From: the human T2T-CHM13v2.0 reference genome, Homo sapiens
Direction: 5' to 3' (one strand)
Assembly: GCF_009914755.1 (NCBI RefSeq)
Contig: NC_060929.1
DNA: 64,000 bases
Shown here in pieces: positions 47,688 through 61,761 of this stretch. Numbering within the stretch: the stretch's first letter is position 1; every line of letters starts with the position of its first letter. The notes under the pieces are model-generated. The model made no database searches and was not told the origin of the DNA. It saw nothing but the letters and a program-made list of their open reading frames with translations. A program made the position numbers and the translations under genes.

Positions 47688-47864
47688 GCTGGACCCTGTT
47701 TTAGGAATTAGTGATGTAGGTGGAGACGGCGGAGGTGTTAACTCTTCTTTCTATCTCCTTAGTTCCAGCTCACTATGCTGTTCCTGGCTCTTCCAGCGTC
47801 CAGGTCGGGGGCAGGGGTGTGAAGAGAGGTAAAGGGGTTAAAAAGGAGGCAGTTAAACGGGGTT

Positions 47865-48050
47865 AAGATCATGAACTCTGGAGTGAGAGACGTGGGGTTG
47901 GAGGCCCTACCACCCACTAGCTTGGTCACCTTGGTTATGTGTCTCCACAGTGTCCCTTCCTCACAATACCAATAATGACTTTCAAAATAATGACTTACGG
48001 TTCTGACGATCATATAATTGATTTATGTAAAGCACTTACTCAGTAATTGT
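47865..48050 (+). mobile_element. MIR
   Basis: ggttaagatcatgaactctggagt...ttatgtaaagcactta. Confidence 0.6.
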
Positions 48051-48081
48051 TAGGTGTTACTGGATATTTTTATGGGAGTAG

Positions 48082-48543
<462 letters not shown>

Positions 48544-49818
48544 TGGGGCTGTTTTACCAATGCCGATTACTCTTTACCTTGGCAGGTGTCCATCACTAGT
48601 TCTCTTGTGGGATGATTTTGTGTGTTCTCTGCCTTCCTCTCCACCCACAGGGATCTTTGCACTGTAGTTTCCTGGTGTTTGTAATGCTCTTACTGGCTGA
48701 TGCTTTCCAATCTCCCTACCTCAGTTCTTACTCTGCTAGACTCATGCAGTTTTCTTCCCAGAGCAGGCAGAATGATGGAAAATGGGAAAATTCGTGCATC
48801 TAGGGCCAGCTAAACGCTGGAGGTGTAGGCCATTTTGCCTGTCAGTCTCTGTCCTTGCCCTACCATTATGGGCTGTTCCAGCGGTCTCTTGCTTACAGAT
48901 TCCTTTAGAGTCCCAGTCTGTCTCTTCATGCGTGGAGAAATAACTGAGACATGTCAGAGCTTCCCCAAATACTCTCATCAATTTGCCTACATAGTTTTGC
49001 CACTCAGCAAACTTCCACCTAAGGAGTGAACTATCTCTTGGAGAAAACTTTCATCTCTGAGTGGTCCTCTTAGGGTCCCCTTTCCTTGGCTTGCTTTTAG
49101 GGAAACACACCCCTGTCCTCTCGTGTAGGTGAAGGGAGACACCATGGTATTCTCTTCCTTGATTCATTTCAAAGACTCCCCCTCTTCAATGAATCTCTAA
49201 CCTTCTTCTAAGTAGTCACTGTTTACATTTGCAAGGTTATATTTTATTAGACAAGAGGTATACCAAAGGAATAATTTACAAGTAATTTGTGGATTGTAAT
49301 TGTTGTGTGGCAATATGGATTTCTGATTCCCCTCCCCTCATCTCCCCACCACATGTCTCATGTGAAGACTGACTCCTGTTGAGAGCAAGTAAACAGAGCT
49401 GTGGCGAATTTGACTCAAAAAGGAGACAGATATTCTTCAGTACAATAAAGTGCAAACGATATACTAATATGTGTTGATTTTGATAGTATGAAGAAGCTAA
49501 TGGCCCTATACCGAAAAGGTAAAAGACTGACCTAAATGAAGATTTTTTTCTCTTCTCTCTTCTGCCTTCAGCAACTGAAAATCTCTGCAACAACTTGGCA
49601 ATGGAATGTGAAGGAGCTGAACAAGGAAGGACCAGATGACTGACTCATGGGGTTTGGTTGAAGGAGATGAGGGCAAGGAGAAAAGGGATATGAAGAGGGT
49701 TGTAGAGGTTGTGGGAGGAAGGAGATAGAAAAGGCCTTTGGCAAAGATATTTTTCTGCCTACATTTATGTTGGCCATATGGGGATGCCATAAATATCTTG
49801 AACACTGGAGGAGCTAGG

Positions 49819-50307
49819 TGTGGCACCAGACATCAAGATGGCCCTCAAGAATTCTAGCCTCCTGGTATTCATGTTCTTATATAGTCTCCTCCAACACTGA
49901 AAAGGGCTGACCTGTGTAACTAATAGGATATTGTGGAAATGATGGAGTTTGTCTTCTGAGGCTAGATCATGAAAGACATGTGGTCCTTGGACCACTTAAT
50001 CATGAAGAAGACAGCTGCCATGTTGTGAGGACTCTCAAGCAGCTCTGTGGAGAGGTCCATAGGTAAGGAACTGAGAACCCCCTCCAAGTGAGCAATCTTG
50101 GAGGTATATCCTTTCCTCTCAGTCAAGCCTTCAGATGACTACAGCCTGGGCTGGTATCTTGACTGCAACCTTATGAGAAACCCTGAGCCAACACCAGCTA
50201 AGATTCTCCTGAATTCCTCACCCTAAGAAACTGAGATAATAAATCTGTGTTGGTTTAAGCCACGTGTATTGAGATAACTAATTATGTGGCAATAGAAAAC
50301 TAATACA
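49819..50307 (+). mobile_element. MLT1F-like solo LTR
   Basis: tgtggc...gtcaagccttcagatgactacagcc...aactaataca; TSD ctagg/ctaag (4 of 5). Confidence 0.85.
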
Positions 50308-50475
50308 CTAAGAGATGAATTAAATAGAGAATCCACTCCAAGATTCCACTGTTCTGTGGATTATATAGAGGTTGAACATGTTGCTCCAATCTAAGCTATT
50401 TGTTTATTCTTTTAAATTCTGTGTGTCTGCTTGACTGGCCCACAAGACTCTAGGATTATCAAGTATACTACCCTA

Positions 50476-50690
<215 letters not shown>

Positions 50691-51510
50691 AAAGGGTGTG
50701 GTGTTTGGGTTACAATTTTAAATGCTGAAATTTAAGAAATTAAGAAATATACAATGAAATGATATAACTCATTAACAGTTATTATTTGCATATAAAAGTA
50801 AATACAGTTGTGAGAGACTGAATACTATGAATAAAATCACATGGTGTGCACCTGTCACAGTCATCAGTTTCACATGTTCCTGCTGAAAATAGTTGAACTC
50901 TTAGTTCCTCAATACCATTGACCTTTTCTTTTTTGAAAAAAAAAAAAAATAAATCTATTTCTACTGTAATTTGCTATCACATATTGTGTCCTTCCCCTTT
51001 TAAAAACAATGTTATTTCTGTCTCTTTTTATAATAGAATATTCTAAAATCTTCTGTTTGTATTCTACATTGCAGCTTCATTTCAAATCCAAATCCTTACA
51101 ATTGGCATTGCTTAGCAAATTAACAATGATATACTTCGGTAGATATCTTGTTATGCTTTCTATTGTTTTATGTAACAATTTGGCAATTGCATAAATAGAC
51201 ATGTATCAATGATTCTAATAATTGAAATGGCATTTCCAGTTCCCCTTTAAGTGGAGGAAAACCTATTAAAATTAATTCATTTTAAAAAACCCCACTGTCG
51301 CAAGGCAATTTCAATAGAAAGATACCACTATCTCCCTTGCTCAGAGGTTGCTATTTACATATTTAACATCCTGAATCTCTAAAGGGAGTTCAATACGATG
51401 TAAGCATTAGCATAAGGCAAGCATGTGAACCAGATACATCTACCTATCGCTTTTTATTTGGTGTTTTTCCTCCTTTGACTTTGTCATCAAACTCAGAAAC
51501 CGTCGGCTTC

Positions 51511-51529
51511 TGGCGCCCTCTTGTGGACA
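51511..51529 (-). promoter_or_regulatory. Candidate CTCF binding site TGTCCACAAGAGGGCGCCA
   Basis: Close match to the CTCF core consensus (TGGCCACCAGGGGGCGCTA) in non-repeat sequence, with locally retained CpGs (ccgtcgg, ggcgcc). Confidence 0.7.
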
Positions 51530-54147
51530 AATGCTCCTAGTGTTTTTGGCAGCTCCCTTGTTTAGGGAAGTTTGAAAAAACGAATAATTTTCCTATTTGT
51601 TTATGCAAAATAATTTGAATTTCTGAAATAGTGTGACAATTTTTGCTCAGTTACAGAATTGAACTGAGAGAAATTTCTATTAAAGCAAACATAAGACAAA
51701 AAAAAAAACCTCCCGATAAAGCAATGAAATTCCTACTACATTTTTTGTTAGATGGATTGTTGGTTCTAACTTATATTGATAATAATTAATTGCAAGAATA
51801 TCAATCATCTCTGCTTCCTTCCTTCTCAATTTAGGACTTGACTAAAGGGGAGGCTTCCATTCAGCATTTATTTTCCCAGCTCCAGGGTCAAGACCCACCG
51901 TGGTCACTGGAGTCCTGGCAGTCTGCCACTGCAGGATGGGTCCTCCAGCACAATTCCATAACTCATCCGACTGCCATTCCTTTCCTAGCATCTCCTACAA
52001 CAGTGTTCTCCTTTGGCCCATCCTCCTCATCCTGTCCTCCACTGACACGTTAATTTTCCTTCTTGTGGTCGGGAAAGATTAATTGAGCATCATTGAGCAT
52101 TTACGATGAGCTGGAGTCTGAGTAACAGTAGAGGGATTAGCACAGTGCTAATGTGATAATAGGGCTTAATGAGTCAGGGTATAACCCATGCCCAGACCAC
52201 ACAAAGCTAGGAAAAAAAATTAGGCTCATAGCAGTGGTCATGTAAATTATTTCTTTGACTGTATACCTGCCTTTGTGGGAGCTCCAGCCACTTCCAGGTG
52301 TCCCTATCTCAACTATTTCTGGGAGTTCCTGTAAATTCCCATAGGTGTTCAAATAGTTTTCTCGGCCACCACACAAACACTTTCCTTTCTTTAGCTGGAC
52401 CCTAGGAGATGCAGGCTGCCACGTGTTGCTTGTTTGTGTATATGTAGGTGTCTCCTGAATCTGTTGCCATGAGGTGGCTGCTCCTGCCTTGTTGAGGCCA
52501 GCTGAGGTCACTGGGGCAATGCTCTGTGTGGAGAGGTCTTGGTCACTGCTGATGTGCTGGTGCTCTAGGTATGCCAAGGTTCACCAAGTTTTTTGACTTC
52601 TTAGATCTGTATTGGCCAAATGGGAAAAAATCCCACTCTTGTTCTATAGTTTTTCAAAGTTCAAAAGCAATGCTGATTTGTGTGCCCAGTAGCTCTCTGA
52701 CCTTTGAGCTAGGCAGCTGTCTTATATTTCTGTCAAAGGCTCTTCCCCTCGGGTTCCCAGAGAGATAGAAGGAAGAGAGAGCCTATGAGGAAGAGGGGAA
52801 GTCACAGAACAAGATGAGACACACTCGCTTTATATCACTCCTTGCAGTCTTTACCCAGGGCATTTTTATTAGATGAAACAGTAAGTTTCACTTCTTTTTC
52901 TTTGCTCTGAGGCTGTTTTCAATTTTCTCAAACTGATTCCTTGTGGCTCTGATTCATCCATTCTTCAGAAATGCTCAGGCATGTCTGCATCTAGGAAGAA
53001 TGCAACTTAGGCTTGTGTAGGATTCTCTCCATATTAGTTAATGGTGACAAAGGTGATAGTGGACAGTGGTGACCAGGTTACAAGGAGGGAAGGAACATCT
53101 TTAGAGGAAAAATATTGGCAGCCCTCATATTTCTAAAATATTCCAGAAATTGCTCTTTAGGGGAGGAGCACATCCATGAAAACTTTCAGTATAGTTTCAA
53201 AAGTGCTTGAATGTATCATGACAGCATAATACTAAAAATCTCACACTATTCTGTTTTATAAAGTACTCTCACTTTGTGATGTGTTCAGCAAACATGTCAA
53301 ATTGTTATTAAGCTCATTGTTTACAAATACGAAAGTTATAAGAGACCTAATGGTCAAACAAATGTGTATATAAGTAAGTAGGCATTACCTAAAGGCATTA
53401 TCTATTATTAGAATCATTGGTACATATCCTTTTATGCAATTGCCAAATTGCCAAATTATTATATAAAACAATAGAAAGCATAACAAGGTATGCTAATTTG
53501 ACTGATTAGCTAGAAATTTGCATAAAGACATTTTTGTTTCTTCTATTTTGCAAGGTAATTATATTAAAATGCTCCCACCTCCCCATCTCTGCTTCTCACA
53601 TTTTATGGCCCAATAATATAAAAATAGATTCTCCTGATTGCTAAGTGGAGGCAGCCTATTTAGTTTTGAACTCAGATGCCCCAACTTTCTTGGTGAATTG
53701 CCTAGGACGAGTTCTCTCAATAGTCTGAGCCTCAATTTCCTGATGTTATGACATTGGATAAATAACACTAGTGGTACCTACCTTATAGGTGGCAAGGCTT
53801 AACTGAGATCATCAATAAAACCAAGGACAGTTACTAAGGCAAAATAAAACTTTTCTCTCCACATAAAAGTAAGTTTTTGTATGTCAGTTATTCCTCGGTA
53901 AAGCTGTTAACTAAAGTGAGAGACATTTTTGAAATGAAAATTGTCATACTAGAAGAAAATGTTAAGTTCCACTCCTGAAAAATCTGAGCTTTCTTTCAAA
54001 GAAAGGTAAAGTTCTGAGAAAGACAGACAGGAGGGCTGTGCTTCCTGCTGCACACTATGGAATGAGTATCTGGGGACGACATGAGTGGCGACCATAAAGT
54101 GTCCCTTCTGATGAGTTTGAATCATCACTTTATTCTTTTACTTAAGC

Positions 54148-54470
54148 CAGCACTGACCAATACAGTAGCCACTGGCCACACGCGGCTATTGAGCCCTTGA
54201 AATGTGGCTAAGCTGAATTGAAATGTAGTGTCAGTATAAAATGCACATCAGATTTTGAAGACTTTAAATTAAAAAAGAATGTGAAATAGTTTATTAAAAG
54301 TTTAAAAATATTGATTACATGTTAAATTGGTAATATTTTATATACCTATTTTTAAAAAGGAATATGTTATGAGCTATTTTTGCCTGTTTCTTTTGACTTT
54401 TTACCTTGTGGCTGCCAGAAAACTTAAAATTATATATGTATTTTGAATTAGATTTTTATCAAACAGTGCT
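54148..54470. mobile_element. MER33 (hAT-Charlie MITE)
   Basis: cagcactgaccaata...gtagccactggccacacgcggctattgagc...aaacagtgct; cagcactg/cagtgct ends. Confidence 0.8.
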
Positions 54471-55746
54471 ATGAGCTAAATACATTTTCACCTTTTCTTG
54501 ATGACCCGAAGATACACAGAAACGGCAAACCTTCTGGAAGACTGGATTCAGACCTTATGACTTTAAATCTGGATACCATCAATAAATAGCTGTATGATCA
54601 TGGACAGACATGTTAATGTCAGAATCTCAGGATTTTTTATTTTTTATTTTTTCCAGAAGCAGAGGGGTGATATTATTATGTGAGTCCACAAATAGAGTTG
54701 TGCAAGAAATACAGGTTTATTTTTCCGTAACTGGAGTTAGTTTCTGTTATGAATGTCTAATTTATCTATTAAGGAAAACAGTCTCAGTTAATTCAGGTTC
54801 ATTTAGCTCATATACACAAAATCTTTCCTTTTCCTTGAATAGCCGTAAGGTAAGGAGGCAAAGAGTATTTGATCCTGGGTGTCATCATCTATCTCTCCTG
54901 GGGACATTCTCTTGACTGCCCGGGGCTTAGTCATCATGACTGCTGTTTCTTTCTCATCCCCACTGCAAGGCCTCATTAGGAATCCTAGTTTTCTTTTCCG
55001 TAACAGATCCAATGTAGGATTTATGGAAAATAGTCCTCAAGTTACAGAACATACTTCATAGGTGTATTAAGAAGAATAAACAAGATGATCTTTGTAAAGT
55101 GCTTAGTACAATGCCCGATATAAATGAAGCCTCTGATAAAAGTAGTTAGCACTACTAATGCTGTTGATGCAGATGTTCTGGCTTTCAGGCCAGAACACTT
55201 TGAATTTCTAGAAATTTAGCTGCCAGAAAAGAGGTGAGTGAGGGTGTCATTTTCTGTTGCTTCTTTTTCAGTAGTTCAGAGTTAGGAGAGCAAATGTATA
55301 CACTGTGGGGACCAGTGCAGGGTTGTGGGGGTTGAGGTTTGGGGACAAAACAAAACATCAGTCTCCAATTACTCCTTGGTTTTGACCAAGAGATCAGCAG
55401 CTAGCATTGGTGCTGGGAAGACATGTATGGGTTTGTGGGTGGTGGTAGTTGGGTGAAGACTGGTAGATCTTCTAACATTGGAGGATACCATGGCAGAAAT
55501 AACAATACCATAAACATCTATTAAGTGTCTCTGACATGTCAGTAATGGGATAGGTGGTGTGGAGGATACACAAGAAGTGGAAGTCATAGTCTATGTATTT
55601 GAATAACTTACAATTGGATAAACACAAAATCCACATTGCATTTCTAGAATGAGTGATGAGGGTAAGTTGGAAGGCTGACTGTTTCTGCATGGTCTTGTGT
55701 GATGGCGATGCTTTGGTGGAGATGTCAAAGCTCAGGGTTAATACTA

Positions 55747-56044
<298 letters not shown>

Positions 56045-57617
56045 TCAGATATAGAAACTCAATTTGTTAGTGCGCTTTGAGCCAGTATGGCTACCAGAAA
56101 CTTATTTTTTGGGCAATATGATGGATAATCAGAATATTGATGTATTAATTTACAGTGAAGGATATTCCTTTCAAGAGAGGAGAATGCGTGCATAAAATTT
56201 AGTGACAGCTAATAACCACCAGAAGATAAATAAATAAGTTCTTTAATTTTCTTTAATATTCATTTATTGACATTCATTTTATCATCTGGTGAATTCTACC
56301 TGATACTAAAAATTAGTGTAAGTTTATAGAACAAATTCTTTAGCATCAAAAATTTTATCTACTAATTAGTGCTATTTAATTAAAAAATGCTACTAATTAA
56401 AAATATGCAGATTGGGGAAAGACTACCAATATTAAAATGTTAGCAGTTAAAATATCTCGTATTAAGAAATCTTACGTCAGCTTGAGGAAAACGAGTGTTT
56501 TGTAAAAGCGTGGTTTGAAAACCACTGCTACAAATATTGAATGGTTTAATATTATCTTGATGATTCTCTGTTTTGTACTCATATTTATTAAGGGGTTAAG
56601 ACATGATCTGACCTTTGAATGAGGTATTAGATTTGGATTAGAATTAAGAAATAGAACATATAAGCCAGAGAATGAATGAAGTGTAGGTGAAAGGAGATGT
56701 GCAGACAGGCTTTTAGTAGAACACAGAGAGGAATCAAGTTAGAGACTAACAGGAGAGAATGTTGTCTGGAGGCTGATTTGATAGACGATGTATCATATAG
56801 ACAATTTGATAGACAATGTATGATATTAAATTGCACAGTGGCATGAAGAGAATGATGCTTGTCAGAAGAAACCTGAACTAAAAGTTTTTCACCTCATGAG
56901 TTCCGTTTTCAAAATGTTAAAGTTTCAGATCATAAAGGGTGGTTACTTTGTGTTTAACTTCTCAAGCACTTTTTAAGAGTCACCTGAAAAGCAGTTTTTT
57001 TTAAACATTGTTTAGAGAATCAGCTATTTTGAACTATTATATAAGCTATAAATGTCTGATTTTAAAACCCCTTTGCCTCTCAAAGCTGTCATTTTTAGAT
57101 AAGAATTTTTTAATAGGCTCTGAGGTAGAAGGTAGCATATGCTATTAACACACCTAATCTAGAGTTATTACCCAATCTTCTGGTTTCAATAGTTCCTCCT
57201 CATCTCTCCAAAATTTCATTTCATAAAATCAAATTGAGTTACAGGATATTAAAACTGTAAGGGATCTTGATTCACATGGTTATATCTTTGTGGTTTTTTT
57301 TTTTTTTTTAATTCTCCAAGGGATTAAAAGAAATACAATACAAAGTAATCTTTTTTTTTTCTAGGTGCTTCCTGGGGACTGCACCAACATTATAACCTGG
57401 CCAAATCTCAACATTTTTCTTATGCGCTGTATCTAGAGCTAAGACCTTGTTTACTTCTCTGGCATCTGGATAAAGATTGCTTTATCCAGTTCTTTACTTA
57501 TTAATTTTGTACTCAATTCTATAGGGTCCATCCTCCAGATGAATCAACAGAATATGGGATATATATTTTTATGTCATGATTTAGGTCAATGTAGCAATAC
57601 TGCTTCCCCGCCTTCAC

Positions 57618-58002
57618 TGTGTGTTCTTCAGTGCCAACTTGGCTAGGCCATAGGACCCGATATTTGGTCAAACACGAGTCTAGATGTTGCTGCGAAGGTA
57701 TTTTTAAGATAGAATTAACATTCTATTACCCTCCATAATGTGGGTGGGCCTCCCTCTATCAGGTTAAGGCCTGAAGAGCAAAAATACCAACTCCATGAGG
57801 AAGAGGAAGTTCTTCCTGCCGTCTGCCTTCAGACTTGAGCTGCAACACCAACTCTTCTTGGTGCCCAGCCTGCTAGCATACCCTGCAGATTTGGGACTTG
57901 CCAGCCTTCACAATTGCATGAGCCAATTCCTTAAAATAAATCTCTCTTTCCATATATATATTTCCTATTTGTTCTCTTTCTCTGGAGAACCTTGGCTAAT
58001 AC
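57618..58002 (+). mobile_element. MLT2 (D-like) ERVL LTR
   Basis: caacttggctaggcc...ctagatgttgctgcgaaggtatt...ttgcatgagccaattccttaaaataaatctctc...ctaataca. Confidence 0.82.
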
Positions 58003-58259
58003 AATCAGTCAAGTATGATTAATGATCTACCTCTGGCTAAAATTCATCACTATTCCTACAGGTTAGAGTTTAATGTAAAAGTATGAGACTAAAGTCACAT
58101 TTCATAGATGCAGAAATCAGTCTTCATGAGTAAAGAGAAGAAAAATGGAAACCCCAAAACAAGAAGATAGTTTACTCAACATGATCTTATTATTGTTCAA
58201 GAACTCACCCCCTCAAATAAGAGAATATGTCACAGTATCAGGGATTAGTTACCGTTGGA

Positions 58260-59470
58260 AGCAGATTCAGGTTTTGCTTGTACAGTTTGGGGACCTTTCT
58301 TTAAGAAGTTAATGCAAAAGTACTAATATGAAATTAGGTATGAAGTGAATATCTATGTAGATTGAGAAAAGAAATCATAACAATTTACAAAATTTTAAAA
58401 GCTGAAAAATACTGTAAACACAACAAAATCCAGAAAGGAAATACCTACTTTTAATTAATATATATATACTTAGTATATATTAATATGTATAATTAATATA
58501 TGCTTTTAATTCCCTGATAGATGTTTATTACTCTCTTCTCCTCCAGTTTTTGGTGTGTATTTTTGGTTGCCCCTTCAGAATAGAAAGGCAATTTAGTTCA
58601 TACATTTCAAACTATGTTTCTCCTCCATTACCAATAAACTTCTGCATTAGTCCAATCTCACATTGCTATAAAGAAATACCTGAGACTGGGTAATTAATAA
58701 AGAAAAGAGGTTTAATTGGCTCATGGTTCCACAGGCTGTACAGGAAGCATGATGCTGGCCATATGCTTGGCTTCTGAGGAGGCCCTTACAATCATGGTAG
58801 AAAGTGAAGGAGAAGCAGGCATGTCTTACATGGCCAAGGCGGGAGGAAGAGAGAAAGAGTGGGGAGGTGCTATACACTTTTTAACAACAAGATCTTGTGA
58901 GAACTCTTATCACGAGAACAGCGCCAAAGGGGGAAATCCGCCCCCTATGATCCAATCACCTCCCACCAGGCCACACCTCCAACACTGGGAGTTAACAATT
59001 CCACATGAATTTGGACAGGGCCACAGATCCAAAACATATCAACTTCCATGCCAGATACTGTAAGATACATTCACATGGAGATAGGACCTCTAGTCTGAGC
59101 CTTTGTGTGACCACATTGTATGAATGTGTGCAGTGTTTACAGGAAAGATGTATTTCTGAAAGCCTTTTCTGTATGGGGATGACCGGCAGTAACTTAACTA
59201 TATATTGAAGCAGCTGCAAACCACATAAATATATCCCACAAGACCTTAAATGTAGCCCTAAGCAGATCCTAAAAATGCCACGGCCACATCAATACCACTC
59301 TACCTGAGGAGACAGGCAATGGGAGGAAACTCACAGTGGAAAGAGACAGAGGTCACCCTAAGATAAAGTATCTTCATTTGGTAAATTTTACAGAAGCATA
59401 TGATTATGTGAATGTGGCCTTGGAAAGGATCTGGGTAAATGAGAGATCCCAAAGCTTAAGCACTGGCTAC
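58260..59470. mobile_element. hAT-Tip100 (Zaphod/MER115-like) fossil, interrupted by an MST LTR
   Basis: Recalled motifs (aaattaggtatgaagtgaatat; gcaaaccacataaatatatccca; aagcttaagc). Confidence 0.5.
58643..59041 (-). mobile_element. MST (A/B) solo LTR
   Basis: tgcattagtcc...catatca; perfect TSD ACTTC (58638-58642 / 59042-59046). Confidence 0.92.
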
Positions 59471-60291
59471 TGTAGATACATCACACCCATCTCTTTTCCC
59501 ACTTCAAGATAATTTTTTAAAGACTCATTCATTAATATATATTCCCGCTCCTGGAATTATTGTGTGAAATTTTCCATAATTAACTGTTAATATTTATACT
59601 GTGAGTATGGGAACTACACATGAATAGAAATGAGATATCTTTAAATCACACATTTGCAATGAATATTTCAGAGCAGTGTAATTGAATCTTGTGTGTAATT
59701 ATGACAGACATACAATAATAGTTCTCTCTTTAAAGAATGTCTTTTTCTTTTTTGACCTAGAAGGGCACAGGAAAGGAACAAGAAAAAAGTTAAACAGGTT
59801 TTGTCAGGGGAGGTTGGCTTTAGAGCAAAATACATAGTGGAGCCATTCATAGTTAGAAATTATTTCAAAAGAAAATTGCCATTGGCTTTCAAATAGAAAT
59901 TTCAGGAAGAAAATGTTAATAAAAATGTAATGGTTATAATGGCAACCCTAATGATGATGATGTTTTGTGTGTGTTATTAGATGAATGATTATCATAATCT
60001 ATGACACTTTTTTTAGTGCATTAAGAGGTAGAATTGAGTGGTACTTATGAGGTCATGATTTATTCTCTTTTCCTTAGCTGTTTGAAATGACTTTGCTATT
60101 ATTTCTAAATTCTCATTCTATAATAGGGCCATGCGCATCGACACAGAGAATCAGACTGAAAAGAACATTAAGTCAGTTTCAATTCTGCTTTCATTATTCA
60201 CAGGACTAAAGACTCTTTCAGTTAAAATCAGTTCTTTGGCATCTTCTTATTGATTCTGGAAAAGGCTTATACATGAATTTATATAGGAATC

Positions 60292-61160
60292 TGTGGCAGC
60301 CTCGTGCTTTGATTTCCCTCTTTCCAAACTGTTCCTCTCAATACTAATGTCCTTATATAGCCCATCTTCCACAAGGACTCTGGGTTTGGTCATGTAACTT
60401 GCTGTGGTTATCAGTGGACATCAGCCAGTGTGACACAAGCAAGGCTTGTTGAGGGCTTTCACATTCAAGTTGTCTTCTTAGAAAACTCCATCTTGGAAGC
60501 CAGATAATACTGTAAGAAAGTACAGGCTATATCGCTAAAGAGAAACACCATGTGGAATATCCCTGTACATCCTCACTCAAATCTCATGTCAAATTGTAAT
60601 CCCCCTATGTTGGCCGAGGGGCCTGATGGAAGGTGACTGAATCATGGGGGCAGTTTCCCCTTGCTGTTCTTGTGATAGTGAGTGAGTTCTCAAGAGATCT
60701 GGTTGTTTGAAAGTGCGTAGCACTTCCCCCTTTGCATGTGCTCTGTCTCTCCTGTTGCCATGTGAAGATGTGCTTGCTTCCCCTTCACATTTTGTCTTGA
60801 TTATAAGTTTCTTGAGGCCTCCCCAGCCATGCTTCCTGTACAGCCTGTGAAACTGTGAGTCAATTAAATCTCTTTTCTTTATAAACTAGCCAGTCTCATG
60901 TAGTTCTTTATAGCAGTGTGAGAACAGACTAATATAGGCCACCAAGGGTGAGACACCACATGAAGAGAGAGACAACTTGAACGAAAACCAAAGTGCCCTA
61001 GCCAAGTTTTCAGTTGAGTGTAGACATGTGAGAGACCTCAGTTAACAATGCATGGAACAGAACAACCCAGTTAACACAGAGAAATGTGAAAAATAATACA
61101 CCATTGTGCTTTTAAACCAGTAAGTTTTGTTTTGTAAAGCAGCAACAGATAATGGAAGCA
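60292..61160 (+). mobile_element. MLT1G/H-like LTR, interrupted by an MSTA LTR
   Basis: tgtggcagc...tggtcatgtaacttgc...; 3' part ends gcagcaacagataatggaagca. Confidence 0.65.
60563..60936 (+). mobile_element. MSTA-like LTR lacking its first ~14 bp
   Basis: caaatctcatgtcaaattgtaatcccc...gagaacagactaatata. Confidence 0.88.
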
Positions 61161-61309
61161 GGATTACAGAAGTATTTTTAAAACCATCTCATCTGTATAT
61201 GAAATCCAAAAGTGATTTGAATGATAATTATAGAAAGTTATTACATTGAATTTCCATAAAAATGACAAATATTTGTTCAGCACTTTACATGTAAAGCATT
61301 ATACTTTTA

Positions 61310-61760
61310 ATAGCTAACATTTATTAAGTACCATATGCTAAATAGTTTACATTCATTAATTTTTAAAATCTACTCAACTACCCTATGAGATTGACATTAT
61401 ATTTGTTCCCTCCCGATTTATAGATGATGAAGTTGAGGCTTAAAGATGATAAATCTTTCACCCAATGTTACATAGTGTATAGAAGCTACAAAAGTCTTAT
61501 AAAATGCACTGTGTACAAGGAATGGAATGTAGTATTTAAAAGGTCCACACCCATGAAATTATTATAAGAGATGGTAATGTTATAACATATTACACAGTGC
61601 GGTGTTAAAGATCATGGCATTGTGAATCAGAAAGACACAGATTTAAATGGTGACTCTTACACTAGCTTCGTGATATGTAAACTCTCTGAACCTAGGTTTC
61701 CTTATCTGTATGATGGAGATTAAAACGTTATCTCCTCCATGGCTGTTGAGTGTAATCTGG
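61310..61760. mobile_element. Two MIR fragments (about 61310-61480 on -, 61595-61760 on +)
   Basis: caactaccctatgag...tttatagatgatgaagttgaggct; tctctgaacctaggtttccttatctgta. Confidence 0.65.
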
Positions 61761-61761
61761 G

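Noticed and set aside
47700-47860. Slightly CpG/GC-rich patch as a possible promoter
   Set aside because: Too short and CpG-poor for an island; no supporting core-promoter structure.
51143-53491. Inverted repeat read as the TIRs of a novel DNA transposon
   Set aside because: No transposase remnant or diagnostic termini. The flanking TA is palindromic and uninformative. ~91% arm identity would be young for primate DNA transposons. Kept only as a structural finding.
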